Position numbers and translations under genes: made by a program. A stretch of DNA of 64,000 nt from assembly GCA_963844035.1 (NCBI GenBank), contig CAWJMT010000003.1:341509-405508 (forward strand). The letters are read 5' to 3'. This DNA comes from an uncultured Gemmatimonadales bacterium. GTDB taxonomy: Bacteria > Gemmatimonadota > Gemmatimonadetes > Gemmatimonadales > GWC2-71-9. Below are positions 53,847 through 63,968 of the stretch, in pieces (within the stretch, counting starts at the first letter, position 1; every line of letters starts with the position of its first letter). Under the pieces are notes generated by a model that was given only the letters and a program-made list of their open reading frames with translations, was not told the DNA's origin and ran no database searches.

Positions 53847-53930
53847 TGCCCGAGGAGAGAATCGAACTCACATGGGGTTGCCCCCACCGGATTTTGAGTC
53901 CGGCGCGTCTGCCAGTTCCGCCACTCGGGC
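53847..53930 (-). tRNA. tRNA-Leu(CAA)
   Basis: Acceptor stem GCCCGAG/CTCGGGC-A, D loop GGAACTGGCAGA, anticodon arm CCGGA-CTCAAAA-TCCGG, long variable arm and TTCGA T loop. CCA is not encoded; TATATT lies 8 nt upstream. Confidence 0.95.
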
Positions 53931-53960
53931 CGCCGGGGAATATAACGGCGATCAGGTAGG

Positions 53961-54461
53961 TTACGGAGCCTGCGGTGCGAAGCGGCCGCGCCGCTCACGC
54001 CGCATCTCGGCGATCCGCTCCTGCAGCCGTTGGCGCATTAATTGATAGCGGGCGCGCTGCACCGGGGACAGGTAGGCGGCGGTTTCCCTGTCTTCGTCGC
54101 GATCGAGCTGTGCGATGGCGGCCCGGTTCTGCTCCCGGGCGTCCATGAGCCGACGTACGCTGTCGGCGTCGGCCTCCACGCCCGGCTGCAGCTGACCACG
54201 CAGGCCCCGCAACACCGCCCACTGCCGTCGCATGATCTCCCGGCGCTGCTGAAAGAATCGGTTCTCGGTCGCCTGCAACCTGGCTGCCTGATCGTCGGTC
54301 AAGTTCAGCTGGCGGCGCACCTGCACGTTCCAGCGCTCACGGATCCTCTGGCGCAGCCATGTCGCCTGGGCCCCTCCCTCAGTGTCGGGGGGCTCTTGCG
54401 GCTCCTGCGCCACTGCGCCTTGAGCCAACACCACAAGCAGTAACCAGGCAAGACTTTTCAT
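53961..54461 (-). CDS. Spy/CpxP-like periplasmic helical protein
   Basis: Signal peptide, LNLTDDQ and LSPVQR (LTxxQ motifs). Confidence 0.75.
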   Translation of the reverse strand: MKSLAWLLLVVLAQGAVAQEPQEPPDTEGGAQATWLRQRIRERWNVQVRRQLNLTDDQAARLQATENRFFQQRREIMRRQWAVLRGLRGQLQPGVEADADSVRRLMDAREQNRAAIAQLDRDEDRETAAYLSPVQRARYQLMRQRLQERIAEMRRERRGRFAPQAP

Positions 54462-54890
54462 TCATCCCTCCAGGGCGCCGAGCAGCGCGCGCAATTCACT
54501 GGGCGTCAAATCGTCGAGCCCGGCGTCGGATGAGTCGGCGGGCTGAATCTCGAGCGGTTGGTCGAGGGTACTGAGCAGGTCCCGCAGCTGATCGGTCGAC
54601 AGCGTGCTCAGATCGATTCCCCCTGCCGCCGAGGCGACCGCAGGCGCGGGCCGTGCCGCGTGTTGGCCGTACCGCCACACGAGCCCCGCGCCCAGCAGCA
54701 GCGCGACTGCCGCCGCCGCCGACAGCCAGATCCACTGGGGCCGCGGGCGCGCTACCGGCGGCTGCTGGTCGCGCAGCCGCCGCACCACCGCCGCGGCGGT
54801 TTGCTCTACGTCCAGCCGATCACCCGCGCGCGCTCCCAGATCCCGTGCAAGCGCGCGCATCTCCGCATCCTCTATCGATTCAAAGTTCAC
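54462..54890 (-). CDS. Putative single-TM anti-sigma factor
   Basis: One TM helix (WLSAAAAVALLLG); coupled to the ECF sigma gene by a GTGA overlap. Confidence 0.65.
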   Translation of the reverse strand: MNFESIEDAEMRALARDLGARAGDRLDVEQTAAAVVRRLRDQQPPVARPRPQWIWLSAAAAVALLLGAGLVWRYGQHAARPAPAVASAAGGIDLSTLSTDQLRDLLSTLDQPLEIQPADSSDAGLDDLTPSELRALLGALEG

Positions 54891-55439
54891 GTCAAGAACT
54901 CCTTCAGGCGCTTGACGGCGTGGTGATAGTGAACCCGCGCGGCCCCGGGCGTCGAGCCGAGCGCCGCCGCAATGTCATCGTACTCCATTCCCTGTTGCGC
55001 CCGCAGCAAGAACACCTCTCGTTGCATCCGCGGAAGCTGCAGAGAGACCGTCCGCCAGTCGCTGCTCCGTCTCGCCCGCCACCGCCAACTCGTGAGGGTC
55101 GCCGCCGGAGGAATGCAGGCCCTCATCCAGCGGGACCAGACGCGCCCGTTTTGCCCGTCGCCCGGCGTCCTTGAGCGCGTTGCTCCCGATCGTCAGCAAC
55201 CAGGTGCGGAATTGGCACTGTCCCCGGAATTGGTCCACCCGGCGGAACGCCCGGACAAAGGTTTCCTGGATCAAGTCGTCGAGCTCGGTGTCGAACGCCC
55301 CCGCGCCCACCAGAAAGCGGGCCAAGGGGCGCGCGTGGCGGCGCACCAGCTCGGCCGCCGCCTGCTCGTCGCCGCCCTGCCAGGCGGCGATCAGCGCCGC
55401 GTCGGTCGGAACCGCGGAAACAGGTTCGGCGGGAGTCAT
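54887..55439 (-). CDS. ECF RNA polymerase sigma factor, frameshift near 55042
   Basis: DDLIQETFVRAF...FRTWL (region 2) and LPRMQREVFLL...YDDIAAALG (region 4). Confidence 0.9.
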
Positions 55440-55485
55440 GCTCGTTGAATAGAGTGGACGCTGATATGGACGGAATATTAACTCC

Positions 55486-55513
55486 TTGACCGGTTTCGCC
55501 CGCAGCTTACCCT
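55486..55513 (+). promoter_or_regulatory. Candidate sigma70 promoter of the right-end operon
   Basis: TTGACC, 16-nt spacer, TACCCT, then 8 nt to GTG 55522. Confidence 0.5.
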
Positions 55514-55521
55514 TCTCCACC

Positions 55522-56211
55522 GTGCCCCCCCCACTCGTGATTGCCCATCGCGGCGCCTCGGCCTACGAGCTGGAAAACTCGCTCGCCGCGTTCCGCGCCG
55601 CGGGACGTCTGGGGGCGGACGCCGTGGAGTTGGACGTGCATGCAACGGTCGACGGGTCGCTGTTCGTCCATCACGACGAGACCATCGAGGGCCACGACAT
55701 CCCCCGCCTGACGACTTCCGAAACGGCCGCGTTCCGGCTCTCGAATGGGGAGCCGCTGCCCACCCTCGACCAGGCGCTCCAGGCGATCGGTGCCCGGCTG
55801 CGGGTATTCATCGAAGTGAAGTCGCTGCCGCCGGAGTTCGACGACCGGCTGTTCGAGGCGATGCAGCGCGGGCCCAATCCCGCCGGCTACGCCGTGCACG
55901 CGTTCGACCATCGCATCGTCCGGCGTCTGGGGGAAAAACGCGCGGGGTTGCCCCGTGGCGTGCTCTCGTCCGCGTACCCGGTGCGTCCCCTCGCCGCACT
56001 CGAGGACGCCGGAGCGACAATGCTGTGGCAGGAGCGCCGGCTGGTGGACCGGGCGCTCGTTGAAACACTGCACGGCGCCGGCTGTAGCCTGTTCGCCTGG
56101 ACGGTGAACGAGGCGCGCGCGATGGAGCAACTGCTGGCCCTCGGCGTCGACGGCCTATGCAGCAACTTTCCCGATGTCGCCCGCGCCGCGGTCGAGCGCG
56201 TTGCTGCGTGA
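55522..56211 (+). CDS. Glycerophosphodiester phosphodiesterase
   Basis: IAHRGAS...ENSLAAF, ELDV, HHD, IEVK, WTVN and GVDG. Confidence 0.92.
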   Translation: MPPPLVIAHRGASAYELENSLAAFRAAGRLGADAVELDVHATVDGSLFVHHDETIEGHDIPRLTTSETAAFRLSNGEPLPTLDQALQAIGARLRVFIEVKSLPPEFDDRLFEAMQRGPNPAGYAVHAFDHRIVRRLGEKRAGLPRGVLSSAYPVRPLAALEDAGATMLWQERRLVDRALVETLHGAGCSLFAWTVNEARAMEQLLALGVDGLCSNFPDVARAAVERVAA

Positions 56212-57074
56212 TGGAACAGTCCCTCCGGATCACCGACGTCCACATCCACGTCCAACCCTGGCGCGAGGCGAGGCCGGAGGTTCTGGACGCGATGCGACAC
56301 CACAAAGAAGCCGAGTGGGACACCCTGGCGCACGTTGCGGACGATCCCCGGGCGCTGCTCGAGATCATGGACCGCGCCGGCGTCTGGCGCGTGGGGCTCG
56401 TGCACTACCCCGATCCCGAGGTCATGGGGTTCGGTCCCGGAACTAATACGTTCGCCGCCCGGTATGCCCAAGCGGACCCGGTGCGCCTGATGGCGTATGG
56501 CGGGGTCCACCCGCGGCTGACGCGGGATCCGGCCGGGGACGTGGACCGGCTGATGGAACTCGGCATCCGGGCGCTCAAGATTCATCCCCCGCATCAGATG
56601 GTCGCGGCGAACGCCTACACCGACGGCCTCGACGCCCTGGGCGCCATTTACCGGCGGTGCGAGGAGCGGGGGTTGCCGGTGATGGTGCACACGGGAACCA
56701 GCATTTTCCCGGGTGCACGGTCCAAGTTCGGCAACCCGATGGAGCTGGACGACGTCGCGATCGATTTTCCCGATCTGACGATCCTGATGGCGCACGGCGG
56801 CCGGCCGCTGTACATGGAGGAGGCGTTCTTCGTGTTGCGGCGCCACAAGAATGTATGGCTCGATGTCTCCGGGATTCCGCCGGCGAAGTTGCTGCAGTAC
56901 TTTCCGCGGCTCACCGAGGTGATCGATCGGGTCCTGTGGGGCACGGATTGGCCTGGGCCGGGCGTCCGTGACATGAAGCAGAATATCGATCAGTTCCTGA
57001 CGCTCCCGTTGTCGGACCTGCATCGCAAGGCGATCCTCGAGACCAATGCGCTGGCTGTGTTTCCTGCTCGTTAG
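56211..57074 (+). CDS. Amidohydrolase_2-family metallohydrolase
   Basis: DVHIH, LKIHP, VHTG, MAHGG and WGTDWP. Confidence 0.88.
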   Translation: MEQSLRITDVHIHVQPWREARPEVLDAMRHHKEAEWDTLAHVADDPRALLEIMDRAGVWRVGLVHYPDPEVMGFGPGTNTFAARYAQADPVRLMAYGGVHPRLTRDPAGDVDRLMELGIRALKIHPPHQMVAANAYTDGLDALGAIYRRCEERGLPVMVHTGTSIFPGARSKFGNPMELDDVAIDFPDLTILMAHGGRPLYMEEAFFVLRRHKNVWLDVSGIPPAKLLQYFPRLTEVIDRVLWGTDWPGPGVRDMKQNIDQFLTLPLSDLHRKAILETNALAVFPAR

Positions 57075-57780
57075 CCCCGCCCTCGCCCAAACGGGCAGCG
57101 TCAAACCGCTGCGCTTCGACTACTCGGCATTCCCCACGACGCGGGACTCGTTTGTGTACATCGTGAATCGGCAGGTCCGTGGATTCGCGGTGTGGCAGTA
57201 CGAGCAGCGCGACAGCGCACACCAGGTGATCTACACGCAGTACTCCGAGCTCCAGCCGATCGAGGAGGAAGAGACGCGGGTCGTGTTCGACGCCCGCACC
57301 GGAGCGCCCATCAGTTCGGCCTATCACCTCGACGTCTTCTCGCCGGGCAGCGACACAATCGTCGTCGAGCACAACCTCACCATCACGCAGGGCGAGGTTT
57401 CAGGACGCCGCCGCACCAGAACCAAGGACGGCAAAGTGCAAGGTGACAGCGTGCGTCATCCGTTTCCGCCGGGCACGGTGTGGCTCCAATACGCGCTCTA
57501 CGCGGCGGCGGTGACGAATGCGCTCCCCGGAGACTCGCTGACCTGCACCGCCTATAGCGAAGCGAACGACGCGCTGACGACCCTGACCTTCGTGGCCGGC
57601 CAACCCACCACGCTCAAGGTTCCGGCCGGCCAATTCGACGTCCTGCCTCTGCGGAGCGGTGGCTTCCGCCTGTACGTCACGCGCGCCGCCCCGCGCCGCG
57701 TGGTCAAGGGCGAAACGCTCGACCGCCGATTCAGCTTCGAGCTGGCGAGCAGCGCGCCCGTGGTCCCGTCCCAGCCGTGA
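57046..57780 (+). CDS. Secreted beta-rich protein (DUF3108-like)
   Basis: Signal peptide, KVPAGQF motif, translationally coupled within the operon. Confidence 0.6.
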   Translation: MRWLCFLLVSPALAQTGSVKPLRFDYSAFPTTRDSFVYIVNRQVRGFAVWQYEQRDSAHQVIYTQYSELQPIEEEETRVVFDARTGAPISSAYHLDVFSPGSDTIVVEHNLTITQGEVSGRRRTRTKDGKVQGDSVRHPFPPGTVWLQYALYAAAVTNALPGDSLTCTAYSEANDALTTLTFVAGQPTTLKVPAGQFDVLPLRSGGFRLYVTRAAPRRVVKGETLDRRFSFELASSAPVVPSQP

Positions 57781-59123
57781 CGCGGTTCGCGTTCATCGTG
57801 TCGGCGCTCCTCGTCACGCCCGGAGCGCTCACGGGACAGGCAGGGAGCGTCGCGTACGAGACGTTCACCCTGCCCAACGGGCTGCGCGTGATCTACTCCG
57901 AGGACCACACCACACCGATCGTGTCCGTGGACCTCTGGTACGACGTCGGGTCACGCAATGAGCGCCCGGGGCGCTCCGGCTTCGCGCATCTGTTCGAGCA
58001 CCTCATGTTTGAAGGCTCGGCGCACGCCCCGAAGGGCCAGCACTCGCACTTGATCGAGGCCGCCGGGGGGGAGGTCAACGCGACCACGGCGGAAGACCGC
58101 ACCAATTACTTCGCGACCGTGCCGTCGAACTACCTCAACGTGGTGCTCTGGCTGGAAGCGGATCGGCTGCGTTCGCTCGTCATCAGTGATGAGACGTTTC
58201 ACAACCAGCGGGAGACCGTCAAAGAGGAACGACGACTGCGGGTGGACAACCAGCCCTACGGCACCGCCTTCACCGACGGGATGACCTGGCCCTACGACAG
58301 TGCGGGTTGCTTCGCGTACGGTCACAGCGTCATCGGGTCCATGCAGGACCTCAACACCGCGACCCTGTCGGATGTCCGTACGTTTTTCGATACGTACTAC
58401 GCACCCAATACGGCCACGCTCGTGGTGACCGGCGATTTCCGGCCGTTCGAGCTGCGCCGCCTGGTGAACGATTACTTCGGCGCCCTCCCCCGGCACCCGG
58501 AGCCGCCCGCCGTGAAGTGCGACTACAAGTTCCGGCCCGGATTCGAGCGGCGCACGATCGTGGACCGCCGCGCCAACCTTCCCGCGGTCCTGCGGTTCTA
58601 CCGTATCCCCCCGCATCGCGATCCCGACACGCCCGCGCTGGGACTGCTCACCCTGATTCTTGGCGACGGCGAGAGCTCACGGCTCAACGTGGCCGTGGTG
58701 CGCCGTGATCGGGCTGCGCTCGGGACGCAGGTCAGCATGAACCCATACGACGCGCGTCGTGGCCCCGGGGTGATACTGGCGCTGGCGATTGCCAATCAGG
58801 GGGTCAGCGCCTTGAGGCTCGACAGTTTGGTGGCACGCCAGATGGACAGTGTGCGCACGACCCTGGTCACGCCGCAGGAGCTGCAGAAGGCCAAGACCGT
58901 GTTTCGCGCCGGCTTCATCCGGGAGCGGGAGACTACCAGTGGCCGCGCCGAGGCGCTCCACCATTACGACCGGTTCCACCCCTCCCTGTCGGAAATCAAC
59001 ACCGACCTCGATCGCTATCTCGCGGTGACGGCCGAGGACATCCGGCGCGTCGCGGTGGCGTATCTCGATCCGGCCAACGTGCTGAGCGTGATCGTGCAGC
59101 CGGGTGCAGGAGGGGCGCAGTGA
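57777..59123 (+). CDS. M16B zinc peptidase, catalytic subunit, secreted
   Basis: Signal peptide, LPNGL, GFAHLFEHLMF (HxxEH), EERR and YYAPN. Confidence 0.92.
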   Translation: MTRFAFIVSALLVTPGALTGQAGSVAYETFTLPNGLRVIYSEDHTTPIVSVDLWYDVGSRNERPGRSGFAHLFEHLMFEGSAHAPKGQHSHLIEAAGGEVNATTAEDRTNYFATVPSNYLNVVLWLEADRLRSLVISDETFHNQRETVKEERRLRVDNQPYGTAFTDGMTWPYDSAGCFAYGHSVIGSMQDLNTATLSDVRTFFDTYYAPNTATLVVTGDFRPFELRRLVNDYFGALPRHPEPPAVKCDYKFRPGFERRTIVDRRANLPAVLRFYRIPPHRDPDTPALGLLTLILGDGESSRLNVAVVRRDRAALGTQVSMNPYDARRGPGVILALAIANQGVSALRLDSLVARQMDSVRTTLVTPQELQKAKTVFRAGFIRERETTSGRAEALHHYDRFHPSLSEINTDLDRYLAVTAEDIRRVAVAYLDPANVLSVIVQPGAGGAQ

Positions 59124-61241
59124 AGGCGGTCACGCGGTCGGGCGGTCGGGCGGTCGGGAGCCTGGTGGCGACGGTAGCGATGTTTTCGGACCGTCAGTCC
59201 GCCAGACCGCCTGTCCGCCCAGGACTCTTTCCCCTCCCAGCCACCCAGGCCGACGCGCCTCCTTCCCGCAAAGTTCCCGCCGGTCGAGCAGGTGAAGCTG
59301 TCCAACGGCATCGACCTCATCGTCGTGGAGCGGCACGAAGTACCGGTCCTATCGGTCAGCTTGAGCTTCCGAGCGGGGAGTGTGTACGACCCGGCGGGCA
59401 AGGAGGGGCTGGCGGAGCTCGCGTCCGACGTCCTGACAAAGGGTACGCCCACCCGGTCGGCCGAGGGAATAGCCGCCGCGATCGAAGGCGCGGGGGGAAG
59501 CCTGTCGGCGCGGTCGGGGGACGACTTTTTTACGATCTCCGCCAATGCGCTGAGCGATCAGATCGACCTGGTGTTCACACTGCTCGGCGATGTCACGCTG
59601 AATGCGACCTTCCCCACCGCCGAATTCGAGCTCTCCCGCACCCGCGAGCTGTCGACGTTGTCGCTCGCCATGTCGCAGCCCGGCAGTCTCGCCGCCCGCT
59701 TCTTTACCGCGGAGATCTACGGGTCGAATCCCTACGGCCGGTCACCCACTGAGGCGAGCTACAAGGCGATCACGCACGACGATCTCCTGGCGTTCGCCCG
59801 CACGCGCCTGAAACCTGCGGGTGCGTTGCTCGTAGTCGCCGGGGACGTGACGAGACTCCAGGTCGAGGCGTTGGTGAAAACGGCGTTCCCCGGCTGGACG
59901 GGGTCGCCGCCACCCTCTCCCGCTCCGGTGAGCGCGCCTTCAGGCGGTCCCACCGACGTGCTCCTGGTCCATCGTCCGGGCTCGGTGCAGTCAGTGCTGA
60001 TGGTCGGAAACACCACCATTCTGCCGACCGACTCCTTGCACTTCGCTGCCCGTGTCGCCACGCAGGTGCTCGGGGGAGGCTCCGACTCGCGTCTGTTCCG
60101 CGTGCTGCGCGAGCGGGAGAGCTGGACGTATGACGTCCAGGCGTCGCTGCACCGGCGCCGTGGCCTCGGGTTCTGGTCGGCGACCGCCCAGGTGCGGACC
60201 GAGGCCACCGACAGCGCGCTCCAGGAGCTGCTGCGGCAGATCCGGTTGATTCGCACCGAGCCGATTCCGGTGGCGGAGCTTACCGCCGCCAAGGGATTCT
60301 TGATCGGCTCCTTCCCGCTCTCGATCGAGACCGCAGGCCAGATCGCCAGCCAGGTCGCCAGTGTGAAATTGCTCGGACTCGACCCCGACTACCTGCGATT
60401 CTACCGTGAGCGCCTGAACGCGGTGACCGCGACGACGGCGCGCAGCGCCGTGCAGCGCCTGTATCGCGTTGACGCGCTGACCATCGTGGTCGCCGGGGAC
60501 GGCGCGAAGTTGTACGACCGCCTGCGCGCCATCGCGCCGGTGCGCATTGTGGACGCCGAGGGCCATCTCCTCACCCCCGACGAGCTGGTGCCGAAAGTCA
60601 GCCGCTTGACCCTGGAACCGGCCGCGCTGGTGTCGGGGCGTGACAGCTTTGTCGTCCTGGCCGAGGGGAATCCGATCGGCGCCCGCACGACGGTGCTGCA
60701 GCGGACGGCGGATTCGGTCGTCTTCACGGAGACGCTCCACCTCGAAGAGGACGCTGCCACACGGCTCACCGTCGTGTTGGATCCGTCCGACCTCACGCTC
60801 CAGCGCATGGAACAGACGGGGAAGGTCGGCGGGCAAAACAGCGACATGCGCCTCCGCGTGGCTGCGGGGCGGCTCACCGGGAGCGCGACCATCCCCACGC
60901 CAAACGGGGAGGAGCAGATCACGATCGACACCGCGCTCGCGTCCGGTCCGTGGTACATCGAGTTTGCGAGTCACGTCATCGTGCGCGCGCTGCCGCTCAG
61001 TGCGGGGGCCGCCTTTGTCCTCCCAGTCTATTCCGTGGGGGATCAGACACTCAAGACGCTCCGCGTTCAAGTCGCGGGTCCGGACAGCGTGCGCGTCCCG
61101 GCGGGCGCATTTCGCGCGTTCAAGGTGAACGTGTCGGGCGGGGAGATGCCGTTTCTATTCTTCGTGACTGAAGGACCCCCGCGGCGCATCGTGAAGGTCG
61201 AAATCGTGGGGACGCCCGTCACCTTCGAACTGGTGCGGTGA
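59120..61241 (+). CDS. M16B non-catalytic subunit fused to a C-terminal DUF3108-like domain, frameshift near 59185
   Basis: LSNG, GLAELASDVL (no HxxEH), SRLFRVLRERESWTY (R/Y pair) and C-terminal VPAGAF; GTG 59120 overlaps the upstream stop. Confidence 0.85.
59125..59219. repeat. Octamer-arm hairpin encoding a predicted signal peptide
   Basis: GGCGGTCA CGCGGTCG GGCGGTCG GGCGGTCG, 31-nt loop, GGACCGTC AGTCCGCC AGACCGCC TGTCCGCC. Confidence 0.88.
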
Positions 61242-62656
61242 TCCGCGCACCGATGCAACGGCCGCTGGCGTTTGTTCTGGCCGCTGTGGCATTGACCTCG
61301 ACGGCCCGGGCCCAGGGAGTGGCCAAGCCCGCCGCCGCGCCGCCCGACTCCACGAGCGTCGATCGGCCGCAGTACCCCTCGCAATACACGCGTCACCCGT
61401 CTCCACCGGTCGCCATTACCAACGCGCACATCATGACCGCCGCCGGCGCCGAGATCGCGCACGGCACGATCCTGCTGCGCGAGGGGCGGATCACGGCAGT
61501 CGGCCCCGACGTGTCCGTGCCGTCGGACGCCGTGCGGGTGGACGGGACCGACAGGTACGTGACTCCCGGGATCATCGATCCACATTCCCACCTGGGGGTG
61601 TACGCGGCGCCCGCGACCGAGGCCGAGTCCGACGGGAACGAGATGACCAACCCGGTCACGGCCGAAGCATGGGCCGAGCACTCGTTCTGGCCGCAGGATC
61701 CGCAGATTCCGCTCGCGATCGCGGGGGGGGTGACGACCATTCAGGTCCTGCCGGGCTCGGGGAACCTGATCGGCGGGCGCAGCGCGGTCCTCAAGCTGAT
61801 CCCGGCGCGCACGGTTCAGGAGATGAAGTTCCCCGGCGCCCGCTACGGCCTGAAGGTGGCGTGCGGTGAGAACCCCAAACGCATCTACGGCCAGCGCAAC
61901 CAGGCGCCGTCCACGCGCATGGGTAACATGGCCGGCTACCGCATCGCGTTCAGCGCCGCGGAGGCCTACCGCCGCAAGTGGGACTCCTGGAACGCCGAAC
62001 ACAAGGGGGATCCACCCGAGCGCAACCTGCGGCTCGAGACCCTCGCGGACGTGTTGCGCGGCAAGATCTACGTGCAGAATCACTGTTACCGCGCCGACGA
62101 GATGGCGCAGATGCTCGACCTGGCGCGCGAGTTCGGCTTCAAGATCCGCGCCTTCCATCACGCGATCGAGGCGTACAAGGTCGCTGACCTCCTGGCGCAG
62201 GCGGGCACGGCGGCGGTGGTCTGGGCGGACTGGTACGGCTTCAAAGAAGAAGCGATGGACGGCATCGAGCAAAACGCCGCCCTGCTGCAACAGGCCGGTG
62301 CGCGCACCACGCTGCACTCGGACGATCCCGGCGGCATTCAGCGGCTGAATCAGGAGGCGGCGAAGGCCATGTACGCGGGACAGCACGCGGGAATCCCGGT
62401 CACGCGCGACCAGGCGCTGCGCTGGATCACCGCCAACCCGGCGTGGGTGCTCGGGATCGACTCGATCGCCGGCACGCTCGAGCCGGGCAAGATGGCGGAC
62501 GTGGTCCTCTGGTCGGGCGATCCGTTTTCCGTCTACACCAAGGCGGTGCGGGTCTACAACGATGGCTGGCTCGTCTATGACCGCGACGATCCGGCACACC
62601 ACCCGCGCTCGGACTTCGAGCTCGATCAGACACCTGCTCCCGGGAACGACCGATGA
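61238..62656 (+). CDS. Secreted amidohydrolase, metal-binding subunit
   Basis: Signal peptide, PGIIDPHSHLG, KVACGENPK, HCYRAD, HHAIE, HSD and GKMADVVLW. Confidence 0.9.
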   Translation: MIRAPMQRPLAFVLAAVALTSTARAQGVAKPAAAPPDSTSVDRPQYPSQYTRHPSPPVAITNAHIMTAAGAEIAHGTILLREGRITAVGPDVSVPSDAVRVDGTDRYVTPGIIDPHSHLGVYAAPATEAESDGNEMTNPVTAEAWAEHSFWPQDPQIPLAIAGGVTTIQVLPGSGNLIGGRSAVLKLIPARTVQEMKFPGARYGLKVACGENPKRIYGQRNQAPSTRMGNMAGYRIAFSAAEAYRRKWDSWNAEHKGDPPERNLRLETLADVLRGKIYVQNHCYRADEMAQMLDLAREFGFKIRAFHHAIEAYKVADLLAQAGTAAVVWADWYGFKEEAMDGIEQNAALLQQAGARTTLHSDDPGGIQRLNQEAAKAMYAGQHAGIPVTRDQALRWITANPAWVLGIDSIAGTLEPGKMADVVLWSGDPFSVYTKAVRVYNDGWLVYDRDDPAHHPRSDFELDQTPAPGNDR

Positions 62657-63861
62657 TTCCCGTGCTGCTGCTGCAAACGATCGCGCTCACCGGAGCGACG
62701 GTGTATCCCGTGTCGGCGCCGAAGATCGAGCATGCCACGGTCCTGATCCGCAACGGCAAGATCGCCGCCGTCGGCACGAAGGTCGTGATCCCGGCCCAGG
62801 CGCAGCGGATCGACGCGACCAACATGTGGATCACTCCCGGACTGCTCGACGCCGCCGGCCAGATGGGACTGGTGGAGATCGACGCGGTGGCGGCGACGCG
62901 CGACGCCGATGCCAAGGACGACACGGTGGCCGCAGCGTTCAACGTGGCCGAGGGGATCAACCCCGCGTCGCGCCTGATCCCGATCACCCGCATCGCCGGA
63001 GTCACGACGGCGCTCGCGATGCCGCTGACCGGGTTGATCCGCGGTCAGGCGGTGCTCGTCGATCTCGACGGCTCCACCCTCGAGGCGATGCTCGTCAAGT
63101 CGCCCGTGGCGGTGGTCGCCGAGCTGTCGGAGGAAACCAAGAGCGCTGGCGGCGGATCGCGGGCCGGCTCGGCGGCGCGGCTGCGCCGCGTGCTCGATGA
63201 TGCACGCGAGTACGGACTCCACAAGCTCGAGTGGTCGCGGGGCCAGATGCATCCGCTCGCGGCGCCCGCCGCCGACCTGGCGGCGCTCGCGCCGGTGCTG
63301 CGTGGCCAGCTGCCCCTGATCATCGTGGCGAATCGGCGCAGCGACATCGCGACGGCCTTGCGCATCGCGCGCGAGTACCGGCTCAAGCTGATTCTCGCCG
63401 GCGCCGCCGAGGCCTGGCAGATGTCGGCCGAGATTGCGCGCGCGCGCGTCCCGGTGCTGGTCCAGCCGTTGGATAACATCCCATCCTACGACGCCCTTGG
63501 TACCCGTTACGCGAACGCTGCCTTGCTGACGCGCGCCGGCGTGAAGGTCGCGTTGATGGAGGCCAACACCCACAACTCCCGCAACCTGCGCCAACAGGCC
63601 GGCAACGCGATCTCGTACGGGATGACCTGGGACAATGCGTTGCGGGCGGTGACCCTCTCCCCCGCGGAAGTGTTCGGGGTCGCGGCCCGGTACGGGTCGC
63701 TCGACTCAGGCAAGGTCGCGAACGTGGTCGTGTGGTCGGGCGATCCGTTCGAGCTCGGCACCCGGGTGGAGCATGTTTTCATTCGAGGGAGCGAGATTCC
63801 GCTGCGGAGCCGGCAGACGGAGCTATTGGAGAGATACAGGACGCTACCACCAAGATTTTAG
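62653..63861 (+). CDS. Amidohydrolase-fold protein lacking the HxH motif
   Basis: PGLLDAAGQMG in place of DxHxH; GKVANVVVWSGDP. Confidence 0.85.
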   Translation: MIPVLLLQTIALTGATVYPVSAPKIEHATVLIRNGKIAAVGTKVVIPAQAQRIDATNMWITPGLLDAAGQMGLVEIDAVAATRDADAKDDTVAAAFNVAEGINPASRLIPITRIAGVTTALAMPLTGLIRGQAVLVDLDGSTLEAMLVKSPVAVVAELSEETKSAGGGSRAGSAARLRRVLDDAREYGLHKLEWSRGQMHPLAAPAADLAALAPVLRGQLPLIIVANRRSDIATALRIAREYRLKLILAGAAEAWQMSAEIARARVPVLVQPLDNIPSYDALGTRYANAALLTRAGVKVALMEANTHNSRNLRQQAGNAISYGMTWDNALRAVTLSPAEVFGVAARYGSLDSGKVANVVVWSGDPFELGTRVEHVFIRGSEIPLRSRQTELLERYRTLPPRF

Positions 63862-63968
63862 GCGGTTAGACGGTTAGGCGGTTAGCAAAAATGCGAAGGG
63901 CGGCGTCCGGATTCGGATGCCGCCCTCACGTCTTTCTAACCGCCTAACCGCCTAACCGCCTAACCGTC
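63858..63968. repeat. Octamer-arm (GGCGGTTA/CTAACCGC) inverted repeat enclosing a terminator
   Basis: TTA GGCGGTTA GACGGTTA GGCGGTTA G ... CTAACCGC x3, CTAACCGTC. Confidence 0.92.
63887..63935. terminator. Probable bidirectional intrinsic terminator
   Basis: 13-bp stem AGGGCGGCGTCCG-GATT-CGGATGCCGCCCT (63897-63926), AAAAA upstream and TCTTT downstream. Confidence 0.65.

Noticed and set aside
53855..53871. T-T mismatch in the tRNA-Leu T stem suggesting a pseudo-tRNA
   Set aside because: A single mismatch with all other arms and a promoter intact; tolerated or a base-call error.
51007..53930. Possible genomic island integrated at tRNA-Leu
   Set aside because: No integrase, no duplicated tRNA 3' end noticed and no obvious compositional shift.
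63858..63968. TTAGGC/CCTAA repeats resembling eukaryotic telomere repeats or a CRISPR array
   Set aside because: The period is 8 nt, there are no spacers or cas genes, and the unit is a variant of the GGCGGTCN element.
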